Assembly (NCBI RefSeq): GCF_001194135.2
Contig: NC_068989.1
Coordinates: forward strand, 18,752,196-18,815,899
From: Octopus bimaculoides
Taxonomy: Eukaryota
Length of the DNA: 63,704 bases
Direction: 5' to 3'
Positions 1-11,241 of this stretch are shown here, in pieces; within the stretch, counting starts at the first letter, position 1, and each line of letters starts with the position of its first letter. The notes under the pieces were generated by a model. The model was given only the letters and a program-made list of their open reading frames with translations. It had not been told where the DNA came from and ran no database searches. The translations under genes and the position numbers were made by a program.

Positions 1-39
1 ACACAGACAGACACACATTCTCATTTTTATATATATAGA
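1..39 (-). mobile_element. 5' end of a non-autonomous Helitron-like element running off the window edge
   Basis: Reverse complement starts A|TCTATATATATAAAAATGAGAATGTGTGTCTG, the same terminus as at 37649 and 9366. Confidence 0.65.
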
Positions 40-212
40 TAAACAGTATTTAGTTTTTTTGTTAAATCATTTCATTGCACTCTTGCAATCTCTTCAGTAA
101 CTTGTTTCTCCACTTCCATTTATTTATTTAAATGGAAGTGGAGAGACAAGTTACTGAAGAGATTGCAAGAAAGCAATGAAATGATTTAACAAAAAAACTA
201 AATACTGTTTAT
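39..212. repeat. Near-perfect palindrome (foldback/MITE-like), arms 39-122 and 129-212
   Basis: 84-bp arms are reverse complements with 3 mismatches and a 6-nt loop. Confidence 0.9.
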
Positions 213-933
213 AAATTAATAAAGGACTGAACCAATGCGTGTGTTTATTACCGGCATAATGCCTCTCCCAAGGTTTAATTGTATTTCAAATAAAGAATAA
301 TAGCCTTCTACCCTCAACTGCAAGATTTTATGCAATAAATACCATTGTTAAACTTTCATAATTGTTCATCTGCACAATACAGTTTGTCAGTGAGTTCAAT
401 AACCTCTCCATAACCAAGAGGATGTCAAATGCAAGGAAGAAGGCCATAATTTTGCAGAAAAGTAATTGTTTCATGTATTTACTTCTGTTAATATTCGATA
501 CACTTTTGTAGTTAATAGTCATACTTTACTCAGGTTAATTAAGGAATGTAGTCAAAATAATTAGTGGATCCAAATAGTGACAGCATCATACTGGATGCTT
601 TATGGCACTCTACTGTGCACTAGTTTACTTTAGTTCCTTAATAGTTTTATTTGTAAGAAAAACACTTCACTTTCATGGGGGTCCCAGAGATGAAGGTAAA
701 CCCTAAAATGTTTTGCAGATATATCCATTGATCAATCCAAGGCTATAAAAGATGTTACTTGCCTAAGATGTTGTAGAATATAAGACTAAGTCCTGAAGCA
801 TATGGTTGTTATATGAATTTCTTAATCACATAGCCATATGTATGTGTGTGTGCCTGTGTGTACTATTTTTAATTTAATAATTAATTTTTTTTTCCATTGT
901 TGTATTTTCCAGGTCCTTTCAATCAAAAGTATA

Positions 934-1023
934 ATGGAGCCATCTAAAATATATTTAACTTTGGTCCAGATCCTTACACTAACTTGTATTTTAAACCAGC
1001 ACACTGTCCATTCTGATTTATGG
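934..1023 (+). CDS. CLCC1: CLCC1-like gene, probable first coding exon (signal-peptide-like MEPSKIYLTLVQILTLTCILNQHTVHSDLW)
   Basis: Acceptor ttttccag at 912, ATG at 934, hydrophobic N-terminus, donor TGG|gtatga at 1024 in phase 0, joining the next exon in frame. No direct similarity to CLCC1, so the link is inferred. Confidence 0.55.
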
Positions 1024-1926
1024 GTATGAAATGTATTTTATGTTCATTTAACTTTTCTTCTTTTTGAAAATGATTTTTTTTTAAGAGTCGATGGGCAGTG
1101 CCTTTAACCTTTGAAGTCCTTCTCATACCAATTGGATGTCTTCAGCTTGAATATCTGTAGGGAAATAAGGATCCAAAGTTTGATCCAAATTCTTGCATCG
1201 AAGTTGTATCTGTTGAAAGTACCCATGGGATAGATAGCATATTGTGCCTGCCACCTGGCAAAGGCTGTCTTTTGGTCATCATCTTCATGCACACACATGT
1301 GAAAAATATACCAAAAGTTGGATAATATTGTTAGTAGTACAATGGGAAATATTCTCAAATATCATTATTAAGATTTAACATCTTAACTCCATACTGACAT
1401 AGTTTGGCTAGGTAAAGACTGTCTTCAATGTGTCTCAGTTCTCTGTGGTCCAGATATTCAGTTATGACTTCATAACTCATACCTAAGTGTTCTTTAGTCC
1501 CTTTTTGCCGTAATTCATGTATAAGTGACTGAAATTTGGGATGTAATTCAACTGTATAATATCACTAAATTTAAGATGCTAGGCTAGCTACAGGGCATAG
1601 AGTCATAACTACAAGCATTATTATAGTTATCTGTTCACAGAATTATGCTCGTTTCAATTAGCTTGGAATATAACAAGTCCCAATCTTGCTTCAAGTCTTC
1701 CAACAAATGCTATTATTTAAATTTTCAAAAAATGCCTCCTTTCCTGTATTGAGATAATAGTATATTACAGAGAAATTTGACAACCAATTTTAGTTGGTAC
1801 TGTAATGACCGCAACTATTTTTACTGTGTTTCATAGACAGATCATATTGTTTACTCTGCAAAAATAGAAAAGATTATTTTTATTTACATGTTTGGTATAG
1901 TAGTAAATATTGTTTTTTATTAACAG

Positions 1927-2016
1927 GAGAGAACTATAAATATTGAACAGTTTTCTCAAGACCTGGTAGTGAAACAATTTGTGAGAAAGTTGCTGTCAAA
2001 ATTACCAGATGTAAAG
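1927..2016 (+). CDS. CLCC1: CLCC1-like exon 2 (ERTINIEQFSQDLVVKQFVRKLLSKLPDVK)
   Basis: Acceptor ttttattaacag, donor AAG|gtaatg, phase 0-0. KQFVRKLLSKLPD resembles the recalled CLCC1 lumenal segment FRRYLNKIL...GLPD. Confidence 0.7.
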
Positions 2017-2459
2017 GTAATGTAAAAATTTATTCAAAACAAAAAGGTTGGCAGCTAAATCTTATTTTCCTTATTACTTACTATAAAAGTGTTAGAGGAA
2101 GCACTTATAGATAGCTTACAATGTAAATTTTCATTTTCATCTCCTATTTTAATGGCTAATCCAAATTGAAAATTCCACCAAATTTATACTGCTTGTTGTC
2201 AGCATCAGTTGTTTTTGCCCACTAATAGTATTTGTTCTTTCCAAATGTCTATTGTTAAGCCAAATCTAGGCAGAGAATCCCTCTTCAAGAAGATAAGCAC
2301 CCATCTCCTCTTGTTGAATTTTGTCCATCCTAGCCTTTCTAAACCTGAATTCAGAAGCCTCAGGAAATTAATGATACTCCAAATATACACATATCACCTT
2401 TGGATTTATTGCACTCACCAATCCAATCTTGAATTTCTTGTTCTAACACTGCCAACTTC

Positions 2460-2830
2460 CTAGAATCTGCAAACAAGCAAAATTATAACAATTTTAGAAC
2501 ATAAAAGCACAACCAAAACTGCACCACACAGATCCAGCACCTTGATAGGTACACCCTAAAAAATTAACCTTGATATCACCTATCTACACATTCTTTCTGA
2601 CTCACAACTTGAATTCAGATCACTGCACTCACCTATCACATTACTCATGAAATGTACACAAAAAATACTTGATTTCCACAACACCAGAAAAAGACCCCTC
2701 CATTTTAACTACCATTGACTTCAGCAAAGCTTTTGACTATTTCCTGCTAGCCACTATAATCAAAATACTCAATGCCCAGTTAAAAAAACATCAAAAAATA
2801 CTTGCTTGCAAAACTACATCTCAATTATAA
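2460..2830 (+). mobile_element. Highly degraded LINE reverse-transcriptase remnant
   Basis: TIDFSKAFD RT motif encoded near 2710-2740; surrounding frames are broken. Confidence 0.5.
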
Positions 2831-3227
2831 TTAATGAAAACATTTGAACAAGTAAATATGACTGATGGTCAAAATAAGTCTGACTGCCAGTTGGTGGTAA
2901 ATATAACTTTTATGAGTCGTTTGGCCAGCCAAATCGAAGATGAGTAACTGTGCTTGATAAGGCAGTAGTTATTGATGTACAGTTGTTGCACCAAGAGAAG
3001 AGTTATTAGATAGCATTAGATAGTGATGACAGGTGCAAGATGGTTGTGTGGCTAAAAAATTTGCTTCACAACTATGTGGTTTCAGTTTCAGTCCCACCGT
3101 GACACATACCTTGAGTAAGTGTCACTTTACTACCAAAGATCAGATTCACTCCCCTTGACATACTATTGGGCTGGTAAAAAAAGTGCATAGCATTTTTTAA
3201 GTAAAATTCATTAACGATATTTAGATA

Positions 3228-3633
3228 GGCACAGGAGTGGCTGTGTGGTAAGTAGCTTGCTTACCAACCACATGGTTCCGGATTCAGCAGTCCCATTGCG
3301 TGGCACTTTGGGCAAGTGTCTTCTACTTTAGCCTCAGGCTGACCAAAGCCTTGTGAGTAGATTTGGTAGACGGAAACTGAAAGAAGCCTGTCGTATATAT
3401 ATATGTATGTATGTGTATATGTTTGTGTGTCTTTGTTTGTCCCCCCCAACATCGCTTGACAATTGATGCTGGTGTGTTTACATCCCCATACCTTAGCGGT
3501 TCGGCAAAAGAGACCGATAGAATAAGTACTAGGCTTACAACAAAATAAGTCCTGGGGGTCAATTTGCTCGACTAAAGGTGGTGCTCCAGCATGGCCGCAG
3601 TCAAATGACTGAAACAAGTAAAAGAGTAAAGAG
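3228..3633 (+). mobile_element. tRNA-head SINE family A with internal (TA)n/(TG)n and GTAAAAGA tail
   Basis: Pol III A/B-box-like head. Copies at about 11300-11665(-), 22232-22640(+), 36625-36905(-), 49078-49381, 50845-51616(+), 58300-58650(-), 61240-61915(-). Confidence 0.85.
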
Positions 3634-3922
3634 TTGTACATACCTTTACTCAGCTATATATTTCCCATTTTGTTCCACTACCTTTCAGCATCTTTGAGGC
3701 AGCTTCATGATCTCATCAGCCTAGAACTTAACATCTTTCTAGGTCATGGACTAGTCTAAGTAGTTTTCACACTCTTTTAAAGAATTGAAGTTCTTCCCAT
3801 TAAGAGAATTTTGCAGGGATCAGAATAAATGATAATTCGAAGGTTTAAGCATCACCTTCTTCAGATGCAAACCTGCTGAAGGAATTCATCTCATTTTCCC
3901 CAGGACCTTTTTAGTTTTATGT

Positions 3923-4213
3923 TCATCATCATCATCGTTTAACGTCCGCTTTCCATGCTAGCATGGGTTGGATGATTTGACTGAGGACTGGTGAAACCGG
4001 ATGGCTACACCAGGCTCCAATCTGATTTGGCAGAGTTTCTACAGCTGGATGCCCTTCCTAACGCCAACCACTCCAAGAGTGTAGTGGGTGCTTTTACGTG
4101 CCACCCGCACGAAGGCCAGTCAGGCGGTACTGGCAACAGCCATGCTCAAATGGTGTATTTTATGTGCCACCCACACAAGAGCCAGTCCAGGGGCACTGGC
4201 AACGATCTCGCTC
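3923..4213 (-). mobile_element. 5'-truncated RTE-clade LINE 3' end with (GAT)n tail
   Basis: Same sequence as the 3' UTR of the RT-bearing copy at 28620-29697. About 20 copies in the window, e.g. 7589, 9420, 14004, 16040, 19196, 30414, 39505, 55146 on (-) and 4662, 20000, 27530, 43985, 57370 on (+). Confidence 0.85.
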
Positions 4214-4661
4214 GGTGTTGTAAATAATCCATTTCTCATAACACATGATCATTTTTTTCAAAAATGGATTATTTTTGTTTCATCTGAGAATCACAGATGG
4301 AAATGCACTCTATTAAGTTTTTCTTCTGTTAAGTTATGAGGCACCCAAATATCATAGCAATTCATGTAACCAAGTGTTTTTAAATGCTTTATAATGCTCA
4401 CATGAGGTATATGGAGAATCTCCGTGATGTCACACTTTGTGTAACATGGATTATTCTTTATTAAAGTCTCGATTTGTTCATTATCGCTTACTGTAGACCT
4501 GCTGAAACGTTTATGATCTTCCCGGCCAAGATTTTCTGTTTTTTAAACCTGGCAAACCACTTGCAAACAACACTTTCAGCTATGACACCATCTCCATAAA
4601 CAGTATACATCTTCTTTGCTGTTTGTGCAGCGTTTTTGCCTTTTCAGAAATCCAGGCTTGT

Positions 4662-4972
4662 AAAAAGCACCATTCAAGCATGGTCAATGCCAGTGCCGGC
4701 TGACTGGTCCTGTGCTGGTGGCACGTAAAAAGCACCATTCAAGCGTGGTCGTTACCAGTACCGCCTGACTGGCCCTCGTGCCGGTGGCACGTAAAAACCC
4801 CCCACTGCACTCGGAGTGGTTGGCGTTAGGAAGGGCATCCGGCTATAGAAACTTTGCCAGATCGGATTGGAACCTGGTACAGCCTTCTGGCTTGCCAGTC
4901 CCCAGTCAAACCGTCCAACCCATGCCAGCATGGAAAGTGGACATTAAACGACGACGATGATGATGACGATGA
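4662..4972 (+). mobile_element. RTE LINE 3' end, inverted relative to the 3923 copy
   Basis: Internal gcacgtaaaaagcacc subrepeats and a GAT/GAC tail. Confidence 0.85.
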
Positions 4973-5842
4973 CAAGAGCATTAAATGACGAAAATGCTTT
5001 TCACTTTCCCTCATTTTCAATTTTACCATAAGAACAGTAGAAGTAAATAATCTACACAAAATTCAAATAGATCTGTTGAGATCTCCTCTTTCAGAATATA
5101 TATATATATATATAAAAATCCAAGGCTCTGAAAGATTTCAGAACATTTATAAAGAGACAGTCTTACAGCTGTTTCTGGGATATTTTATATATCCCTTCAT
5201 CAGAGACGGTGCGAGAGAATGGTTAAGCAATAGTTATTCTAGAGAAGATATGAAATAGAGAGTGAAGGAATGAAAGTAGACATGAGATATGCAGGGATAT
5301 TGTATCTGCAGTCCCACTGTTTAAGCAGAATGGTATGCATATAAGTTACATGTATACCATATATATATATGTCATTTTCTTGTCACATGATAAAACAGAT
5401 CATGTGATTAAACATCACCAATTGAAAAACACTGTGAACTTTTTTTACCAACCCAATATTTTTCATTTAATGTCTTGGGTAGAGATCTCTCCTCTATCTA
5501 TGTCGACCCAATATTGTTACCATATAACTTATTTCTTTCTTTTCCTTTTTTTTTTTAACTTACTAATAAGATTCTACATGTTAACAGTTACTAGTTGAGG
5601 GAGGTGGGCTTTATGTTGTGGATATCTGTTCTAGGACTTGTTATATATATTGGTCTGTGTTTGATGTTGTCAATATCAACATTCAGCAGTGTTCAGATAA
5701 GTAGATCTTTACAAGGTGAAAATATTTTGTGGGATATTATGTTAGAAAGTGGTAGTAAATCTTTTCATTTTCTTCTACTTTAGAATATTAAAGCAACAAA
5801 CAAATATTAGTACAATTTACAGTTGTAAATATTGTTTTACAG

Positions 5843-6070
5843 CAGTCAACAGCTGATCGTGAAGAATCTCAAAAGAAAACTGACTACCAATTATTTTTTG
5901 AATTGTCAATTATTGACCACAAAATCCTACATGAGTTTGTGAATGGCCATGCCAACTTTGATGATGTTGTAGATGTATTGTCACATATGGTCAAAGATAT
6001 TACACCTTTTAATAGTACTTATGGTGAATCAACTTACATTAGAGGATATTTTGTGGACTCAATTGAAATG
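5843..6070 (+). CDS. CLCC1: CLCC1-like exon 3 (QSTADREE...ILHEFVNGHANFDDVVDVLSHMV...YFVDSIEM)
   Basis: Tandem acceptor tttacag|cag, donor ATG|gtatgt, 228 nt open, phase 0-0. Resembles the CLCC1 EIQKFLNG...LDDALSDIL segment. Confidence 0.75.
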
Positions 6071-6779
6071 GTATGTATATTTTCAGACCCTTCCAGATGT
6101 TTTATGCTATAAACATTTTCTTTTTCATTATTGAGTACAAACAGAAACTGAAAGATTACCTATTAGAAGAATGGATGAAAATAAACAACAGTGGTTTATT
6201 ATTATGATAGTTGGATAGCAGGACTTGTGTATTATGTGAATAATAAAAAAGAAAGGAGTTCCATTGCCCACAATGATTTTTGTAATTAGTTAATAATAGC
6301 GAAAGAGCAGCATCCATGGCCTTCTTCATGACTTTTGTGAGTAACGGGAGAAAGGGTGCAAGCTACTCTCAGACCTGAGATGAACCTAAATGACTGCAGC
6401 AAAGGGGACTCTGCTAAAACCACCCATGGTCCAGGTGGTGGTGTTAAACTGAGCTATCAATTAAGTCTACCAGCTGCTAGGAAGAAGAAAGGTCCCTTTG
6501 GCAGGGTTCTACACAGTTTCTGTCTATTAAATTTGACTTTGTGAAGTTGAAGCAATAGTTGAAGATACTCACCTAATGTACAGTGCAGTGGGACTGAACT
6601 TGAAATCACATAGTTGTGAAACAAACTTAACCACACAGTCATGCCTGCACATGTAAGGAGTTGGGGTATTGACAGAACACATGGAAGAACAGAAGAGAAT
6701 TCAACAAGCCGGAATGATTAGAATGAAGGATTGTATGTAATGTATTGTAAGGGGCTTAGAGACAAGAATATAGTAGATG

Positions 6780-7535
6780 TACAAAGTGGTATCAAAAAGT
6801 ACCTGGACTAGTTTTGTTTAATAAAAAAATAACTTATTTACCTAAGTTTTAACATTATCTCCTTCAAAATAGTCACCTTGCACACCAATACACCAGTCCC
6901 AGTATTTCTGCCTCTTTTGGAATCCGGCCTGGACGTCGTTTTCCATAGCGAGTTGAGGTACTTCTGCAATTCACTCTGGATGTCAACAATGGTGTTAAAA
7001 CAGCTCCTTTAAGCTGCATTTTCATCTTGAAGAAGAGATGGAAGTCTGCAGGTGTTAAATCTGGCAAATAGGGTGGGTGTGAAAGTGATACCGTATTGTC
7101 TTTGGCTATAAATTCACGAGTGGGGAGAGCTTGGTGACAGATAATGCATTGTCATCATGAAGAATCTAATTCTTCACACTCCACAGATCCAGTTGCTTTC
7201 ACCAAATGTCCTTCAAACACTTCAAAATGTCATTGATTGTCCCCTGACGATGCTCATGCACAAGCTGATGAATTTTCTCCACATTTCTGTGGGTGATGCT
7301 TGTGGTAGGTCTTTCACTCGAAACATTGTGTATGACCCATTGCTTCATTGCTGTAAGTTTGCTGAAGCGTGCTCAATGTTTTTGTAGCAGACTTACAGGA
7401 TCACAAAAACACAAATTTCACAACTTGCAATGTAAACACAACAATGTCACTTGGCACACTGTCTCATGAAAGTCATTGCTAGTTCTCACTGCACATGTAC
7501 TACAGAACTAGTCCAGGAAACTTTTGAGGAGAGAT
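6780..7535 (-). mobile_element. Internally deleted mariner element
   Basis: TIR cores tcaaaaagtacctggactagt and actagtccaggaaacttttga. The minus strand encodes PDLTPADFHLFFKMK (YSPDLAP motif) and GDYFEGD. Confidence 0.8.
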
Positions 7536-8038
7536 ATAACCTACATGGTTCAATGAAGAGAGGTATGACTAGCATGATTCAATGAGGTTTCATCATCATC
7601 ATCGTTTAACGTCCACTTTCCATGCTAGCATGGGTTGGACGATTTGACTGAGGACTGGTGAAACCGGATGGCAACACCAGCCTCCAATCTGATATGGCAG
7701 AGTTTCTACAGCTGGATGCCCTTCCTAACGCCAACCACTCAGAGAGTGTAGTGGGTGCTTTTACGTGTCACCCGCACAAAGGCCAGTCAGGCAGTACTGG
7801 CAGGATTTAGTGAGAACAGATGTAACCAACATGATCCAGTATGGAGAAGTGCAACCAACATGGTCTAGTGAGGACAAATGTGACCAGCATGATTCAGTAA
7901 GGACAGGTGTGACAATATAGCTCACTGAGGACTGGTGTGATAGTATGAGTCATTAAGGACAGGTGTGACAGTATGGCTTGCTAAGGTCAGGTGCAACAAT
8001 ATGGCTCACTGGGGACAAGTGTGACTGGCTTGGCTCAG
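7530..8038. repeat. Degenerate ~27-bp tandem array interrupted by an RTE tail copy
   Basis: Recurrent unit approximately tgaggacaggtgtgacagtatggctca on both sides of 7589-7803. Confidence 0.6.
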
Positions 8039-8348
8039 AAAAGTGAAGGTTTAAGTCATTTTCTTCATCTTGAGATGTTGATTTCTTCTCTTAGCTCTAT
8101 GTTGTAAAGTTGTGTGTTATCTCTGCCTAGTGGGTTTATTTATACAAAGCTCAGCCTTGATTAAACAAATGATGAAAAGCATTCCATGTCATTTTATATA
8201 AAGGATTACATTGTTCAGTGTAATGGTTGCTAAGCCTTGCTGGTAAAGCAACCATATATAGGATCCTGTAGGAGATAATTACACGTTAATTACAGGACAT
8301 ACATTGGGGCTTGGTTTAGAAGCAGGAATAATATTAGATCGTCTAAAG

Positions 8349-8635
8349 CAGGGGTTTTCAAACTGTGGTCCCCGGACCACAGGGGGTCCGCAAGGACAAA
8401 ACAGGGGGTCCGTGGACAGCAAATACTTTTTATGGGCAATTTGATTTTATATATGTTTTTTAATCGAAATCTTTTAATTGACAATAAACTTATTTGTTAA
8501 ATACTGTTAAATAAATAGATGTAAAAATATATGTTAATTTAAGCAAATATTTATGTGTAAATTTCATAAGCGTTTATAAGGGTAAAGCCTGAAATATAAA
8601 GGGGTCCGCAAGTCAAAAAGTTTGAAAACCCCCTG
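8349..8635. mobile_element. hAT-family MITE
   Basis: TIR CAGGGGTTTTCAAACT; perfect 8-bp TSD GTCTAAAG (8341-8348, 8636-8643). Confidence 0.9.
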
Positions 8636-9128
8636 GTCTAAAGCACAACATGAAAGAAAGAAAACCTTCAGTTGTCCTTATTAATGAAGAAAGATTTATT
8701 TCCCTTTGTTGTGATACACACGTCAGAAGTGTGACAGTGTAGAACAACAAGACACCAACAACATGAAACAAGCAGAGGAGGGAGCCTCTACATAGTCACT
8801 TGAGTTGCTGGCAATAACAATCAAATCTCCCTCAAATCANNNNNNNNNNNNNNNNNNNNNNNNNNNNNNNNNNNNNNNNNNNNNNNNNNNNNNNNNNNNN
8901 NNNNNNNNNNNNNNNNNNNNNNNNNNNNNNNNNNNNNNNNNNNNNNNNNNNNNNNNNNNNNNNNNNNNNNNNNNNNNNNNNNNNNNNNNNNNNNNNNNNN
9001 NNNNNNNNNNNNNNNNNNNNTTTCCTGTTTATCGTTTTTGCAGAGAGACATACGAACAAGACGATTTACGTCGTGGTTTTTAAAAAAATCACGATTTTAA
9101 TACCGTTTCAGGTATCAGATATTTATCA

Positions 9129-9366
9129 CTAACAGCTAAGCCCGGTTTCACCCGGTCAGAGAACGACGCGAAGGGAGAAACGAAGATATAAAAAAGAGGA
9201 AGAAGTGGAGGAGATATGATGTTGCTGTGGGCTGGAAGTTAAACATTTATTTTGACTAAAACACAACCGGGACCATGTGTAAAATTTGAATGAAATTGGT
9301 TGTGTAGTTCTGGAGTTTTAGGGATTCACACAGACATACATTCTCAATTTTATATATATATATAGA
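9129..9366 (-). mobile_element. Short non-autonomous Helitron-like element
   Basis: Minus strand: A|TC 5' end, subterminal hairpin CCGGGTGAAACCGGG, 3' end TTAG|T (variant of CTAG). Confidence 0.65.
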
Positions 9367-9589
9367 TTATCATTTACTGTTCATTGATATATGTATGTAT
9401 AAATATATATATATATATATCATCATCATCGTTTAACGTCTGCTTTCCATGCTAGCATGGGTTGGACGATTTGACTGAGGACTGGTGAAACCAGATGGCT
9501 CCACCAGGCTCCAGTCTGATTTGGCAGAGTTTCTACAGCTGGATGCCCTTCCTAACGCCAACCACTCACATATTTTTTTTTTTTTGCAG

Positions 9590-9724
9590 TGTTTTTTAGT
9601 TGCTGTAGGTGTGATAGTGGTCACCACTTTCCTGTTTAACCTGTTTACAATGAAAAGGATCTTCAAACTTATAACAGTGACGTTTTTTATCAATATTATG
9701 TGGAATTGGTTCTATCTGTATGAG
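9590..9724 (+). CDS. CLCC1: CLCC1-like exon 4, TM1-TM2 (CFLVAVGVIVVTTFLFNLFTMKRIFKLITVTFFINIMWNWFYLYE)
   Basis: Acceptor poly-T-gcag, donor GAG|gtaata, phase 0-0. Two hydrophobic helices ending in WNWFYLY, matching the CLCC1 hallmark WNWMYLY. Confidence 0.9.
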
Positions 9725-9985
9725 GTAATATATTTCATGTAAACTATTCTATTGCATGTGTGTGTGTGGGTGATGGCTGTATGTGAATGTGTGTGTTTGG
9801 AAATGTGAATATCTGTGAACATACATGTTTTCTGCAAGTGCATGTTATAAATTAATGGTGTATGTATCTTTGTCCAGTGATTTACATGTACCTTGTCTCT
9901 TTTGCATCATTATTTCTTCTCACTTATTATTATTATTATTATTATTATCATTATTATTATTATTATTATCATTATTATTATTATT

Positions 9986-10306
9986 GTTCAGTACTTTTAT
10001 TTTTATATCGTGCTTTCACTTCACTACCGTGCGCAGCTCTGTGTGCCTTGGGTATGTGCTGTGATTTGCTGTGATGCTCTTATGGTTACTGTATTGAAAG
10101 TGTTTTGCGTAGAATGTGTGCAGTGCCCAGTAGTGCAATTTTCTGTATGTTATATATATTTGTAAGTCCTGGTGTTTTTGTTATGTATTTGTCTGAATAT
10201 TTTTTTTATTATACCTAAGGCACCTACTATGATAGGAATTGTTTCTGTTTTTAGATTCCACATTCGAGTTACCTCTATTTCCAGGTCTTTGTATTTTGAA
10301 AGTTTT
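9986..10306 (-). mobile_element. R4/Dong-clade non-LTR retrotransposon 3' fragment in (TAA)n
   Basis: Minus strand encodes KLSKYKDLEIEVTRMWNLKTETIPIIVGALGII...IALLGTAHILRKTLSIQ* (RLE-type C-terminus). TAT/TAA microsatellite on both sides. Confidence 0.8.
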
Positions 10307-10314
10307 GATTATTA

Positions 10315-10349
<35 letters not shown>

Positions 10350-11064
10350 TATAAAGTTAGATGATTTTCCCTAGTTTATGATTTAATCGTTCTTCATGGT
10401 GGGAATAATGAAGTTCTCATATTCACACAAAATCGTAATTGGGAATTTCTACTATGCACCTCTATATAGTTATTGAGTAAATCAACAGAGTGGCTATTGA
10501 GAAAACTCAACAGGAAGACCCTGTTAAGTCAAGCATCCAGTCAATTTGACACTCTGTATTTAGATTATACCTTTTCTGTTGCTACGGTTGTTGCAGTTGT
10601 TTAGCTCCAGGCCAATTCTGAGATTTAGCACACTTATTTCAAAGGCATTCCAGCCATGGCCAATCCAGTTTATTTTTATTTTTCAGACAGTGTATCTATT
10701 TGTTAAGATATTAGATGTGATTTGAGAGATATTTGGCTGTTATTTCTAATTGATCAAGTGACCACAGACTCTCTCATTGGCTGGTGCCTAGTTTGTCAAC
10801 ATGGTATTTATTTTGTCATTCATAAATAAAGAAAACTATAAGCTGAATCTCACAGAATTTGAACTCCCAAATCATAACTCCAAACTTTCTAGCAGCAAAT
10901 ATCAATTCTGGCATGCTTATCTCTATGGAAAATCTCAACCAAGCAGTAATCTGTAATATCTTAAATTTAACAAACCCATCTAATGATAATCAAAAAATTA
11001 ATTTTACAATTCTTTACTATTAACAATTGCTATTTTTAATTGACATTTATACCTGTATTTTCAG

Positions 11065-11241
11065 GAGGAAAAAGCAAAAACTTATCATGCTTTGCAACAA
11101 GGACCTCCTAAAGGCTGTGTAATGATGGACAAGTCTTTTAGAACACTGCTTGCAGAATGGTTTTCAGTTAAAAAAGATGACTGTCTTGCATATCTAGTTT
11201 ATGTTGATATAAATCCATTTTTCAGAGTGCGCCCTTACGAG
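11065..11241 (+). CDS. CLCC1: CLCC1-like exon 5, lumenal loop (EEKAKTYHALQQGPPKGC...EWFSVKKDDCLAYLVYVDINPFFRVRPYE)
   Basis: Acceptor gtattttcag, donor GAG|gtatgt, phase 0-0. Keeps the two conserved Cys and the DxC..Y.....VNP...V.P..A pattern of CLCC1. Confidence 0.9.

Noticed and set aside
1104-1358. Minus-strand ORF with hydrophobic start, VHEDDD and IYPMGTFNRYNFD, loosely like the CLCC1 N-terminus
   Set aside because: Wrong strand for the gene, TTG start, no splice support; the region looks more like a decayed LINE. Probably coincidence.
3228-3310. tRNA-like A/B boxes at SINE heads
   Set aside because: They continue into SINE bodies and lack a full cloverleaf; not tRNA genes.
3991-4227. 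Recurrent ORFs starting MKPDG...LAEFLQLDALPNANHS
   Set aside because: Antisense translations of the RTE 3' UTR repeat, not a gene family.
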